Of a stretch of DNA of 14,773 bases, positions 1 to 8,520 are shown piece by piece (the first letter of the stretch is position 1; every line of letters starts with the position of its first letter). The stretch is taken from sequence record ON470613. The stretch is one strand, 5' to 3'. A model generated the notes under the pieces. The model saw only the letters and a list, made by a program, of their open reading frames with translations, was not told the origin of the DNA and made no database searches. Both the position numbers and the translations under genes were made by a program. Source of the stretch: Escherichia phage vB_EcoM-640R3.

Positions 1-12
1 ATGAAGCGGGCG

Positions 13-31
13 GGCGAGGCGGGGAAAGCAC
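13..31. other. cos: P2-type cos site (19-nt cohesive-end sequence GGCGAGGCGGGGAAAGCAC)
   Basis: Exact string ggcgaggcggggaaagcac at 13-31, which I recall as the P2/186 cohesive-end sequence. It lies immediately beyond the 3' end of the portal gene, as in P2 (cos-Q-P). Recalled from memory, not searched. Confidence 0.6.
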
Positions 32-173
32 TGCGCGCTGGCGGTGGTGCTGATTTTATTTTTTCAGCGTCTCAGCGCGTCGTGACGGCGCTTAGTCTGT
101 CCGTTGAGGCGTTGGTTTGCCTGCGGACTGTTTTGTGCGGTGGTGAGCGTGTGAGGGCGTGATGACGGGATGT

Positions 174-195
174 AAAAAAGCCGCCCGCAGGCGGC
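174..195 (-). terminator. Rho-independent terminator downstream of portal gene Q
   Basis: Perfect 6-bp all-GC stem GCCGCC (180-185) / GGCGGC (190-195) with a 4-nt loop, followed on the minus strand by a T6 run (A6 at 174-179 on plus). It sits directly 3' of the Q stop codon (201-203). Confidence 0.6.
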
Positions 196-200
196 GATGT

Positions 201-1249
201 TCAGCCGTTGTCAGTGTCCAGTGAGTAGTTTTTAAAGCGGATGACCTCCTGACCGAGCCAGCCGTTTATCTCGCGGATCCTGTCCTGTAGCGGGATAAGC
301 TCATTGCGGACAAAGACCTTTGCCACTTTCTCAATATCTCCCAGTGACCCGACGTTCTCCGGCTTGCCGCCCATCAACTGAAAGGGGATGCGGTGCGCGT
401 CCAGCAGGTCAGCGGCGCTGGCTTTTTTGATATTAAAAAAATCGTCCTTCGTTGCCACTTCACTGAGCGGGATAATTTTAATGCCGTCAGCTTTCCCCTG
501 CGGGGCATAGAGAAACAGATTTTTAAAGTTGTTGCGGCCTTTCGACTTAACCATGTTTTCGCGAAGCATTTCGATATCGTTGCGGTCCTGCACGGCATCG
601 GTGACGTACATGATATATCCGGCATGAGCGCCGTTTTCGTAATACTTGCGGCGGAACAGCGTGGCCGACTCATTCAGCCAGGCAGAGTTAAGGGCGCTCA
701 GATATTCTGGCAGGCCGTACAGCTCCTGATTGATATCCGGCTCCAGCAGGTGAAACACGGAGCCGGGCGTGAAAGGTGTCGGCTCGTTGAAGGACGGCAC
801 CCACCAGTAAACATCCTCCTCCACGCCACGACGGGTATATTTTGCCGGTGAGGTTTCCAGTCTGATGACCTTACCGGTGGTGCTGTAACGCTTTTCCAGA
901 AACGCATTACCGAACACCAGAAAATCCAGCACAAAGCGGCTGAAATCCTGCTGGGAAAGCCACGGATGCGGGATAAATGTTGAGGCCAGAATATTACGTT
1001 TGACGTAAATCGGTGAGCTGTGATGCACGGCAGCACGCAGGCTTTTTGCCAGACCGGTAAAGCTGACCGGTGGTTCATACCATCTGCCGTTACTGATGCA
1101 CTCGACGTAATCCAGAATGTCACGGCGGTCGAGTACCGGTACCGGCTCGCCAAAGGTGAATGCTTCCATNNNNNNNNNNNNNNNNNNGGGGCGCTGGCGG
1201 TCATTTTTTTGGCCGCAGGTTGCGGTGTTTTCCCTTTTTTCTTGCTCAT
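201..1249 (-). CDS. Q: Portal (capsid portal vertex) protein, P2 gpQ-like; interrupted by an 18-N gap
   Basis: Six-frame ORF 201..1169 (322 aa) plus the first 20 codons of ORF 698..1249 (MSKKKGKTPQPAAKKMTASA) on the other side of the N run. Start ATG at 1249-1247 overlaps the terminase stop (ATGA). Position after cos and downstream of P matches the P2 P-Q operon. The two pieces are out of frame across the Ns, so the true gap length is not 18. Confidence 0.85.
1170..1187. other. Run of 18 N (assembly gap or masked bases) inside the portal gene
   Basis: Literal n characters at 1170-1187. Flanking portal reading frames differ by a non-multiple of 3. Confidence 0.99.
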
Positions 1250-3021
1250 CAGTAAAACTCCAGAATGGTGGATGTCAGCGGGGTGCTGATACCGGCGGTG
1301 AGTGGCTCATTTAACAGGGCGTGCATGGTCGCCCAGGCGAGGTCGGCGTGGCTGGCTTCCTCGCTGCGGCTGGCCTCATACGTGGCGCTGCGTCCGCTGC
1401 TGGTCATGGTCTTGCGGATAGCCATAAACGAGCTGGTGATGTCGGTGGCGCTGACGTCATATTCCAGACAGCCACGGCGGATGACGTCTTTTGCCTTGAG
1501 CACCATTGCGGTTTTCATTTCCGGTGTGTAGCGGATATCGCGCGCGGCGGGATAGAACGAGCGCACGAGCTGGAACACGCCGACACCGAGGCCGGTGGCA
1601 TCAATACCGATGTATTCGACGTTGTATTTTTCGGTGAGTTTGCGGATGGATTCCGCCTGAGTGGCAAAGTCCATGCCTTTCCACTGGTGACGCTCAAGTA
1701 TTCTGAATTTGCCACCGGCCACCACCGGCGGTGCCAGTACCACGCATCCGGCGCTGTCGCCACGGTGTGACGGGTCGTAACCAATCCATACCGGGCGGGA
1801 GCCGAACGGATTCGCGGCAAACGGCGCATAGTCTTCCCATTCTTCCAGCGTGTCGACCATGCAGCGTTGCAGCTCCTCGAACGGGAACACCGACGCCTTG
1901 TCGTCAACAAATTCACACATGAACAGGTTTTTAAAATCGTCGGCGCTGTTTTCACGTTTGAGCTGCTCAATGTCGAACAGCGTGCAGCCGCCTTTCAGCG
2001 CGTCCTCAATGGTGACAATCTGCCGCCACTGGCCGTCTGCACAGAGAAGCCCACCGGCAAGGGCGTTATGACTGACGTCGATTTCCACGCGTTCGGCGGC
2101 GCTGGCGCGTCCCCGGTTGAACAGTTCACCCGACCAGAACGGGTAGGCGTCGTGCGCCAGCGTGGACGGGGTGGAGAAATAGGTCGAACGCAGGTGACTC
2201 TGTGAGGCCATACCTGATGCCACCTTACGCAGTACCTGAAAATTCGGGATCCAGAAAATCTCGTCGACGTACAGGTCGCCGTTATGGCTCTGCGCGGTGT
2301 TGGAGTTGGTGCCGAGAAAAATCAGTTTTGCGCCGTTATTGCCCAGGACAATCGGGTCACCGGTCAGGTCAACGTCAACCAGCCGGGCAAAGGCGATGAT
2401 GTATTCGCGGAACACATACGCCTGCGTTTTACTGGCCGACAGAAAAATCTGGTTATGACCGGTTTTCAGGGCGCGCAGCAGCGCCTCGCGGGAAAAATAA
2501 AACGTCGCGCCAATCTGGCGGGATTTCAGGATATCGCGGATGCGGTGCTCAAGCCCGGCGCGATACCAGTGCAACTGATATTCGAAAGACTGCTCAAAGA
2601 AAATCTGCTCCAGCTTTTCGATGGCCTCGTCACTGAAAAAATTCTTTTTCGGTTTGCGCCGCCCGCCTTTGTTGCGGTTAGCGACGTTCGGATTAAGGTC
2701 TGCCTCGTTGCCGGTCTGACTGTAACGGTTGACCCGTGCCAGTCGTTCAATCTGGCGTCCCAGCAGGTCAATTTCCTTGAAGTCACCGCCGGTTTTCTGC
2801 GGTTTGATGATGAGCTGGGTCAGCCGCGCTTCCAGACTCATTTCGACACGGCTGATGGGGGCAACGCTGTCCCAGCCGTCGCGCTGTTTCCAGCTCTGCA
2901 CCGTCGGGCGTTTCATCTGCAACATGGCGGCAATCTGCGGCACGGAAAATCCCTGCCAGTACAGCAGCGCCGCCTGACGACGCGGGTCGTGTAAAAGAGT
3001 GGTGTCTGTGGTGATGGTCAT
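1249..3021 (-). CDS. P: Terminase large (ATPase) subunit, P2 gpP-like
   Basis: ORF 1249..3051 (600 aa). Preferred start is the internal ATG at 3021 (MTITTDTT...), preceded by GAGG with 5-nt spacing, giving 590 aa. Divergent from O as in P2; family recalled from memory. Confidence 0.85.
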   Translation of the reverse strand: MTITTDTTLLHDPRRQAALLYWQGFSVPQIAAMLQMKRPTVQSWKQRDGWDSVAPISRVEMSLEARLTQLIIKPQKTGGDFKEIDLLGRQIERLARVNRYSQTGNEADLNPNVANRNKGGRRKPKKNFFSDEAIEKLEQIFFEQSFEYQLHWYRAGLEHRIRDILKSRQIGATFYFSREALLRALKTGHNQIFLSASKTQAYVFREYIIAFARLVDVDLTGDPIVLGNNGAKLIFLGTNSNTAQSHNGDLYVDEIFWIPNFQVLRKVASGMASQSHLRSTYFSTPSTLAHDAYPFWSGELFNRGRASAAERVEIDVSHNALAGGLLCADGQWRQIVTIEDALKGGCTLFDIEQLKRENSADDFKNLFMCEFVDDKASVFPFEELQRCMVDTLEEWEDYAPFAANPFGSRPVWIGYDPSHRGDSAGCVVLAPPVVAGGKFRILERHQWKGMDFATQAESIRKLTEKYNVEYIGIDATGLGVGVFQLVRSFYPAARDIRYTPEMKTAMVLKAKDVIRRGCLEYDVSATDITSSFMAIRKTMTSSGRSATYEASRSEEASHADLAWATMHALLNEPLTAGISTPLTSTILEFY

Positions 3022-3194
3022 GAATACCTCGCCGTGATGAATACACGGCAAGGCTACTGAGTCGCGCCCCGCGATTCGCTAAGGTGCTGTTGTGTCAGTG
3101 ATAAGCCATCCGGGACTGATGGCGGAGGATGCGCATCGTCGGGAAACTGATGCCGACATGTGACTCCTCTAATCACTATTCAGGACTCCTGACA
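3022..3194. promoter_or_regulatory. Divergent P / O intergenic region, expected site of the late promoters for the P-Q and O-N-M-L operons
   Basis: 173-bp non-coding gap between divergently oriented P and O start codons. In P2 this gap holds the Ogr-dependent late promoters. I could not find a perfect TGT-N12-ACA activator motif here (nearest is TGT-N12-CAC at 3159-3176, too close to the O start). Confidence 0.35.
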
Positions 3195-4049
3195 ATGGCA
3201 AAAAAAGTCTCAAAATTCTTTCGTATCGGCGTTGAGGGTGACACCTGTGACGGGCGTGTCATCAGTGCGCAGGATATTCAGGAAATGGCCGAAACCTTTG
3301 ACCCGCGTGTCTATGGTTGCCGCATTAACCTGGAACATCTGCGCGGCATCCTGCCTGACGGTATTTTTAAGCGTTATGGCGATGTGGCCGAACTGAAGGC
3401 CGAAAAGATTGACGACGATTCGGCGCTGAAAGGCAAATGGGCGCTGTTTGCGAAAATCACCCCGACCGATGACCTTATCGCGATGAACAAGGCCGCGCAG
3501 AAGGTCTACACCTCAATGGAAATTCAGCCGAACTTTGCCAACACCGGCAAATGTTATCTGGTGGGGCTGGCCGTCACCGATGACCCGGCAAGCCTCGGCA
3601 CGGAATACCTGGAATTCTGCCGCACGGCAAAACATAACCCTCTGAACCGCTTCAAATTAAGCCCTGAAAACCTGATTTCAGTGGCAACGCCTGTTGAGCT
3701 GGAATTTGAAGACCTGCCTGAAACCGTGTTCACCGCCCTGACCGAAAAGGTGAAATCTATTTTTGGCCGCAAACAGGCCAGCGATGACGCCCGTCTGAAT
3801 GACGTGCATGAAGCGGTGACCGCTGTTGCTGAACATGTGCAGGAAAAACTGAGCGCCACTGAGCAGCGCCTCGCTGAGATGGAAACTGCCTTTTCCGCTC
3901 TTAAGCAGGAGGTGACTGACAGGGCGGATGAAACCAGCCAGGCATTCACCAGCCTGAAAAACAGCCTCGACCACACCGAAAGTCTGACCCAGCAGCGCCG
4001 CAGCAAGGCCACCGGCGGTGGCGGTGACGCGCTGATGACGAACTGCTGA
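3195..4049 (+). CDS. O: Capsid scaffolding protein, P2 gpO-like
   Basis: ORF 3129..4049. Chosen start is ATG at 3195 (MAKKVSKFFRIGVEG...), 284 aa, preceded by AGGA. Has a coiled-coil-like C-terminus; family recalled from memory. Confidence 0.85.
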   Translation: MAKKVSKFFRIGVEGDTCDGRVISAQDIQEMAETFDPRVYGCRINLEHLRGILPDGIFKRYGDVAELKAEKIDDDSALKGKWALFAKITPTDDLIAMNKAAQKVYTSMEIQPNFANTGKCYLVGLAVTDDPASLGTEYLEFCRTAKHNPLNRFKLSPENLISVATPVELEFEDLPETVFTALTEKVKSIFGRKQASDDARLNDVHEAVTAVAEHVQEKLSATEQRLAEMETAFSALKQEVTDRADETSQAFTSLKNSLDHTESLTQQRRSKATGGGGDALMTNC

Positions 4050-4107
4050 CCGGCGTCAGTCAGTCCGGGAAAACCTTCACGATTAACCCTTAATTTCAGG
4101 AAAAACT

Positions 4108-5181
4108 ATGCGCCAGGAAACCCGCTTTAAATTTAATGCCTACCTGTCCCGTGTTGCCGAACTGAACGGCATCGACGCCGGTGATGTGTCGAAAAAATTC
4201 ACCGTTGAACCGTCGGTCACCCAGACCCTGATGAACACCATGCAGGAGTCCTCTGACTTTCTGACCCGCATCAACATTGTGCCGGTCAGCGAAATGAAAG
4301 GGGAAAAAATTGGTATTGGTGTCACCGGCTCCATCGCCAGCACCACCGACACCGCCGGTGGCACCGAGCGTCAGCCGAAGGACTTCTCGAAGCTGGCGTC
4401 AAACAAGTACGAATGCGACCAGATTAACTTCGATTTTTATATCCGCTACAAAACGCTTGACCTGTGGGCGCGTTATCAGGATTTCCAGCTCCGTGTCCGT
4501 AACGCCATTATCAAACGTCAGGCTCTTGATTTAATCATGGCCGGTTTTAACGGTGTGAAGCGTGCCGAAACCTCTGACCGCAGCAGTAACCCGATGCTGC
4601 AGGATGTGGCGGTCGGCTGGCTGCAGAAATACCGCAATGAAGCCCCGGCGCGCGTGATGAGTAAGGTCACTGACGAGGAAGGCCGCACCACCTCTGAGGT
4701 TATCCGCGTGGGTAAGGGCGGTGATTATGCCAGCCTTGATGCACTGGTGATGGATGCGACCAACAACCTGATTGAGCCGTGGTATCAGGAAGACCCTGAC
4801 CTTGTGGTGATTGTGGGGCGTCAGTTACTGGCGGACAAGTATTTCCCCATCGTTAACAAGGAGCAGGACAACAGCGAAATGCTGGCCGCTGACGTCATCA
4901 TCAGCCAGAAACGCATCGGTAACCTGCCAGCGGTACGCGTCCCGTACTTCCCGGCGGATGCGATGCTCATCACGAAGCTGGAAAACCTGTCCATCTACTA
5001 CATGGATGACAGCCATCGCCGCGTGATTGTGGAAAACCCGAAACTCGACCGCGTGGAGAACTACGAGTCAATGAACATTGATTACGTGGTGGAAGACTAC
5101 GCCGCCGGTTGTCTGGTGGAAAAAATTAAGGTCGGTGATTTCTCCACACCGGCTAAGGCGACCGCAGAGCCGGGAGCGTAA
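4108..5181 (+). CDS. N: Major capsid protein, P2 gpN-like
   Basis: 357-aa ORF (MRQETRFKFNAYLSRVAELNGIDAG...), RBS AGGA upstream, immediately after O and before M as in P2. Confidence 0.9.
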   Translation: MRQETRFKFNAYLSRVAELNGIDAGDVSKKFTVEPSVTQTLMNTMQESSDFLTRINIVPVSEMKGEKIGIGVTGSIASTTDTAGGTERQPKDFSKLASNKYECDQINFDFYIRYKTLDLWARYQDFQLRVRNAIIKRQALDLIMAGFNGVKRAETSDRSSNPMLQDVAVGWLQKYRNEAPARVMSKVTDEEGRTTSEVIRVGKGGDYASLDALVMDATNNLIEPWYQEDPDLVVIVGRQLLADKYFPIVNKEQDNSEMLAADVIISQKRIGNLPAVRVPYFPADAMLITKLENLSIYYMDDSHRRVIVENPKLDRVENYESMNIDYVVEDYAAGCLVEKIKVGDFSTPAKATAEPGA

Positions 5182-5184
5182 CCG

Positions 5185-5928
5185 ATGACGAGTCCCGCAC
5201 AGCGCCACATGATGCGGGTCTCGGCAGCGATGACCGCGCAGCGGGAAGCCGCCCCGCTGCGACATGCAACTGTCTATGAGCAGATGCTGGTTAAGCTCGC
5301 CGCAGATCAGCGCACACTGAAAGCGATTTATTCAAAAGAGCTGAAGGCCGCGAAAAAACGCGAACTGCTGCCGTTCTGGTTGCCGTGGGTGAACGGCGTG
5401 CTGGAGCAGGGCAAAGGTGCACAGGATGACATTCTGATGACGGTCATGCTGTGGCGTCTGGATACCGGCGATATTGCCGGTGCGCTGGAGATTGCCCGTT
5501 ATGCCCTGAAGTACGGTCTGACCATGCCGGGTAAACACCGCCGCACTCCGCCGTACATGTTCACCGAGGAGGTGGCGCTTGCGGCCATACGCGCTCACGC
5601 TGCCGGTGAATCCGTGGATACCCGCCTGCTGACGGAGACCCTTGAACTGACCGCCACGGCTGACATGCCTGATGAAGTGCGCGCAAAGCTGCACAAAATC
5701 ACCGGTCTGTTTCTGCGTGACGGTGGTGATGCCGCCGGTGCGCTGGCTCACCTGCAACGTGCGACCCGGCTCGACTGTCAGGCAGGCGTCAAAAAAGAGA
5801 TTGAACGACTGGAGCGGGAGCTGAAACCGAAGCCGGAGCAGCAACCCAAAGCGGCCACCCGTGCCACGCGTAAGACCCGGAGCGTGACACCGGCAAAACG
5901 TGGACGCCCGAAAAAGAAAGCCAGTTAA
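5185..5928 (+). CDS. M: Terminase small (endonuclease) subunit, P2 gpM-like
   Basis: 247-aa ORF starting 3 nt after the N stop, with a basic C-terminal tail (KRGRPKKKAS). Position matches P2 gpM. Confidence 0.85.
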   Translation: MTSPAQRHMMRVSAAMTAQREAAPLRHATVYEQMLVKLAADQRTLKAIYSKELKAAKKRELLPFWLPWVNGVLEQGKGAQDDILMTVMLWRLDTGDIAGALEIARYALKYGLTMPGKHRRTPPYMFTEEVALAAIRAHAAGESVDTRLLTETLELTATADMPDEVRAKLHKITGLFLRDGGDAAGALAHLQRATRLDCQAGVKKEIERLERELKPKPEQQPKAATRATRKTRSVTPAKRGRPKKKAS

Positions 5929-6027
5929 CAACCGAATGCGCCCCGCGCCAGGGCGGCACGCCGGTCAGTGAGGGTGAATCACCTGACACTGCACCGGCGT
6001 CCACCGCCCGACTTTTCAGAGGTAGTC

Positions 6028-6537
6028 ATGATGACGCTGATTATTCCGCGAAAGGAGGCTCCCGTGTCCGGTGAGGGTACGGTGGTCATCCCGCAACCGG
6101 CAGGCGACGAGCCGGTGATTAAAAACACGTTCTTTTTTCCCGATATCGACCCGAAGCGCGTCCGGGAACGTATGCGCCTTGAGCAGACCGTCGCCCCCGC
6201 CCGTCTGCGTGAGGCCATCAAGTCAGGCATGGCTGAAACGAATGCGGAGCTGTACGAGTACCGTGAACAGAAAATTGCCGCCGGTTTTACGCGTCTGGCG
6301 GACGTCCCGGCGGACGATATCGACGGTGAAAGCATCAAAGTTTTTTACTACGAGCGCGCCGTGTGTGCGATGGCGACCGCGTCGCTTTATGAGCGTTATC
6401 GCGGTGTGGATGCCAGTGCAAAAGGCGACAAGAAGGCCGACAGCATAGACAGCACTATTGATGAGCTGTGGCGGGATATGCGCTGGGCAGTGGCGCGTAT
6501 CCAGGACAAGCCGCGCTGCATCGTGAGTCAAATCTGA
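6028..6537 (+). CDS. L: Head completion / stabilisation protein, P2 gpL-like
   Basis: ORF 5968..6537. Chosen start is ATG at 6028 (MMTLIIPRKEAP...), 169 aa, preceded by GAGG. Its stop TGA overlaps the X start. Confidence 0.8.
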   Translation: MMTLIIPRKEAPVSGEGTVVIPQPAGDEPVIKNTFFFPDIDPKRVRERMRLEQTVAPARLREAIKSGMAETNAELYEYREQKIAAGFTRLADVPADDIDGESIKVFYYERAVCAMATASLYERYRGVDASAKGDKKADSIDSTIDELWRDMRWAVARIQDKPRCIVSQI

Positions 6538-6740
6538 TGAAGACCTTTGCGCTACAGGGCGACACGCTCGACGCCATTTGTGTCCGGTATTACGGGCGCA
6601 CTGAGGGCGTGGTTGAGACCGTGCTCGCCGCAAATTCGGGACTGGCTGAACTGGGTGCGGTGCTGCCACACGGCACCGCCGTCGAACTGCCCGACGTTCA
6701 GACCGCGCCCGTGGCTGAAACTGTCAATCTGTGGGAGTAA
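6537..6740 (+). CDS. X: Tail protein X, P2 gpX-like (LysM-like small tail protein)
   Basis: 67-aa ORF MKTFALQGDTLDAICVRYYGRTEGVVETVLAAN...LWE within six-frame ORF 6468..6740. Start ATG at 6537 overlaps the L stop. Very close to what I recall of P2 gpX. Confidence 0.85.
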   Translation: MKTFALQGDTLDAICVRYYGRTEGVVETVLAANSGLAELGAVLPHGTAVELPDVQTAPVAETVNLWE

Positions 6741-6743
6741 CGC

Positions 6744-7025
6744 ATGACAGCAGAAGAAAAAAGCGTCCTGTCGCTTTTCATGATTGGGGTGCTGATTGTT
6801 GTCGGCAAGGTGCTTGCCGGTGGTGAACCCATCACCCCGCGTCTGTTTATCGGGCGCATGTTGCTCGGTGGTTTTGTCTCGATGGTTGCCGGTGTTGTTC
6901 TGGTGCAGTTTCCTGACCTGTCACTGCCTGCGGTGTGCGGCATCGGTTCCATGCTGGGTATCGCCGGTTATCAGGTGATTGAGATTGCCATTCAGCGTCG
7001 CTTTAAGGGCAGGGGGAAACCGTAA
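6744..7025 (+). CDS. Y: Holin, P2 gpY-like
   Basis: 93-aa ORF with hydrophobic transmembrane stretches and a charged C-terminus (RRFKGRGKP). First gene of the lysis cassette, immediately upstream of the endolysin. Confidence 0.85.
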   Translation: MTAEEKSVLSLFMIGVLIVVGKVLAGGEPITPRLFIGRMLLGGFVSMVAGVVLVQFPDLSLPAVCGIGSMLGIAGYQVIEIAIQRRFKGRGKP

Positions 7026-7522
7026 TGCCGGTTATTAACACGCATCAGAATATCGCCGCCTTTCTCGACATGCTGGCCGTGTCCGAAGGGACGGCGAATC
7101 ATCCGCTGACGAAAAACCGGGGCTATGACGTGATAGTCACCGGACTGGACGGGAAGCCGGAAATTTTCACCGACTACAGTGACCACCCGTTCGCGCATGG
7201 CCGACCGGCGAAGGTGTTTAACCGTCGCGGTGAAAAGTCCACGGCCTCCGGTCGCTATCAGCAGCTTTACCTGTTCTGGCCGCACTACCGCAAACAGCTT
7301 GCCCTGCCGGATTTCAGTCCGTTGTCACAGGACAGACTCGCCATTCAGTTGATCCGCGAACGCGGTGCACTGGATGACATCCGGGCGGGACGCATTGAGT
7401 GCGCCATTTCACGCTGTCGCAATATCTGGGCGTCCCTGCCGGGTGCCGGTTACGGTCAGCGTGAGCATTCACTGGAAAAACTGGTCACCGTCTGGCGTAC
7501 CGCTGGCGGCGTACCGGCTTAA
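7025..7522 (+). CDS. K: Endolysin (lysozyme-like muramidase), P2 gpK-like
   Basis: 165-aa ORF whose ATG overlaps the Y stop (TAATG). Matches my recollection of P2 gpK. Confidence 0.85.
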   Translation: MPVINTHQNIAAFLDMLAVSEGTANHPLTKNRGYDVIVTGLDGKPEIFTDYSDHPFAHGRPAKVFNRRGEKSTASGRYQQLYLFWPHYRKQLALPDFSPLSQDRLAIQLIRERGALDDIRAGRIECAISRCRNIWASLPGAGYGQREHSLEKLVTVWRTAGGVPA

Positions 7523-7536
7523 ACGGAGTAAACACC

Positions 7537-7962
7537 ATGAAGAAATTATCCCTTTCACTGATGCTGAACGTGTCGCTGGCGCTGATGCTGGCACTGTCCC
7601 TGATTTACCCGCAGAGCGTGGCCGTCAGTTTTGTCGCTGCCTGGGCGATTCTGGCGATGATTATTTGTGTGGTTGCCGGTGGTGTCGGCGTGTATGCCAC
7701 GGAGTATGTACTTGAACGCTACGGGCGGGAGCTGCCACCGGAATCGCTGGCCGTGAAGATTGTCACGTCGCTGTTTTTGCAGTCGGTGCCGTGGTGCAGA
7801 CGGGCGGCGGCTCTGGTAGTGATGGTGGCGACGTTTATCTCGCTGGTTGCCGCCGGGTGGATTTTTACTGCGCTGATTTATCTCGTGGCGTCGCTGTTTT
7901 TCCGGCTGATACGCACGGCCTGCCGTCAGCGTCTTGAGGGGCGGGAACTATGTCAAAGCTGA
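7537..7962 (+). CDS. lysA: Lysis-timing membrane protein LysA-like
   Basis: 141-aa ORF with several hydrophobic helices, RBS GGAG 8 nt upstream. Position after K matches P2 lysA. Confidence 0.75.
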   Translation: MKKLSLSLMLNVSLALMLALSLIYPQSVAVSFVAAWAILAMIICVVAGGVGVYATEYVLERYGRELPPESLAVKIVTSLFLQSVPWCRRAAALVVMVATFISLVAAGWIFTALIYLVASLFFRLIRTACRQRLEGRELCQS

Positions 7963-8375
7963 TGATTGCACTGGTCGTGTTGTTATCGCTGGCGGTGGCG
8001 GGGCTGTTTCTGGTGAAGCATGAAAACGCCAGACTGCGCTACTCGCTGGACAGGGCGAACAGCGTCGCCAGCGGGCAGCAGACGACCATCACCATGCTGA
8101 AAAATCAGCTTCATGTTGCCCTCACCAGGGCAGACAAAAACGAGCTGGCGCAGGTGGCACTGCGTCAGGAACTGGAGAACGCCGCGAAGCGTGAAGCACA
8201 GCGCGAGAAAACCATCACGAGGTTACTGAATGAAAACGAAGATTTTCGCCGCTGGTACGGCGCTGGCCTGCCTGATGCTGTGCGCCGGTTGCACCAGCGC
8301 CCGGCCTGCGCCGACGCCAGTGATTGTCCACAACGCCTGCCCGAAAGTGAGCCTTTGCCCGATGCCGGGCAGTGA
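7950..8375 (+). CDS. lysB: Inner-membrane spanin (Rz-like), P2 LysB-like
   Basis: 141-aa ORF with an N-terminal transmembrane segment (MSKLMIALVVLLSLAVAGLFLV), a coiled-coil-like middle and a proline-rich C-terminus. Overlaps the lysA 3' end. Confidence 0.8.
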   Translation: MSKLMIALVVLLSLAVAGLFLVKHENARLRYSLDRANSVASGQQTTITMLKNQLHVALTRADKNELAQVALRQELENAAKREAQREKTITRLLNENEDFRRWYGAGLPDAVRRLHQRPACADASDCPQRLPESEPLPDAGQ

Positions 8376-8520
8376 CCCGGAGACGAACGGCGATTTAAGT
8401 GCTGATATCCGGCAGCTTGAGAACGCGCTGGCACGCTGTGCCAGCCAGGTAAAAATGATTAAACACTGTCAGGACGAAAACGATGCTCAAACCCGACAGC
8501 CTGCGCAGGGCGCTGACTGA
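8230..8520 (+). CDS. lysC: Outer-membrane lipoprotein spanin (Rz1-like), P2 LysC-like
   Basis: 96-aa ORF in the +1 frame of lysB, starting inside lysB and running past its stop into R. Signal peptide with a lipobox-like LMLCAGC|T, proline-rich mature part. GAGG RBS 7 nt upstream. Confidence 0.75.
   Translation: MKTKIFAAGTALACLMLCAGCTSARPAPTPVIVHNACPKVSLCPMPGSDPETNGDLSADIRQLENALARCASQVKMIKHCQDENDAQTRQPAQGAD

Noticed and set aside
3159-3176. Possible Ogr/Delta-type late-promoter activator site (TGT-N12-ACA)
   Set aside because: Only an imperfect TGT-N12-CAC is present, and it is too close to the O start codon to sit at -55. I could not place a convincing late-promoter motif by eye, so none is annotated.
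3129-3194. Longer N-terminal extension of the scaffold gene O (MRIVGKLMPTCDSSNHYSGLLT...) as called by the ORF track
   Set aside because: The downstream ATG at 3195 (MAKKVSKFF...) has an AGGA RBS and gives the 284-aa product that I recall for P2 gpO. The extension would occupy the divergent promoter region.
5332-5931. 199-aa ORF antisense to terminase small subunit M (minus strand), and similar long antisense ORFs (393..851 +, 1321..1770 +, 2284..2994 +, 9240..9764 -, 10965..11576 -)
   Set aside because: Each lies entirely within and antisense to a well-supported P2 core gene in GC-rich DNA, where long spurious ORFs are expected. None has a convincing RBS, and their products are low-complexity Arg/Ala/Gly-rich strings.
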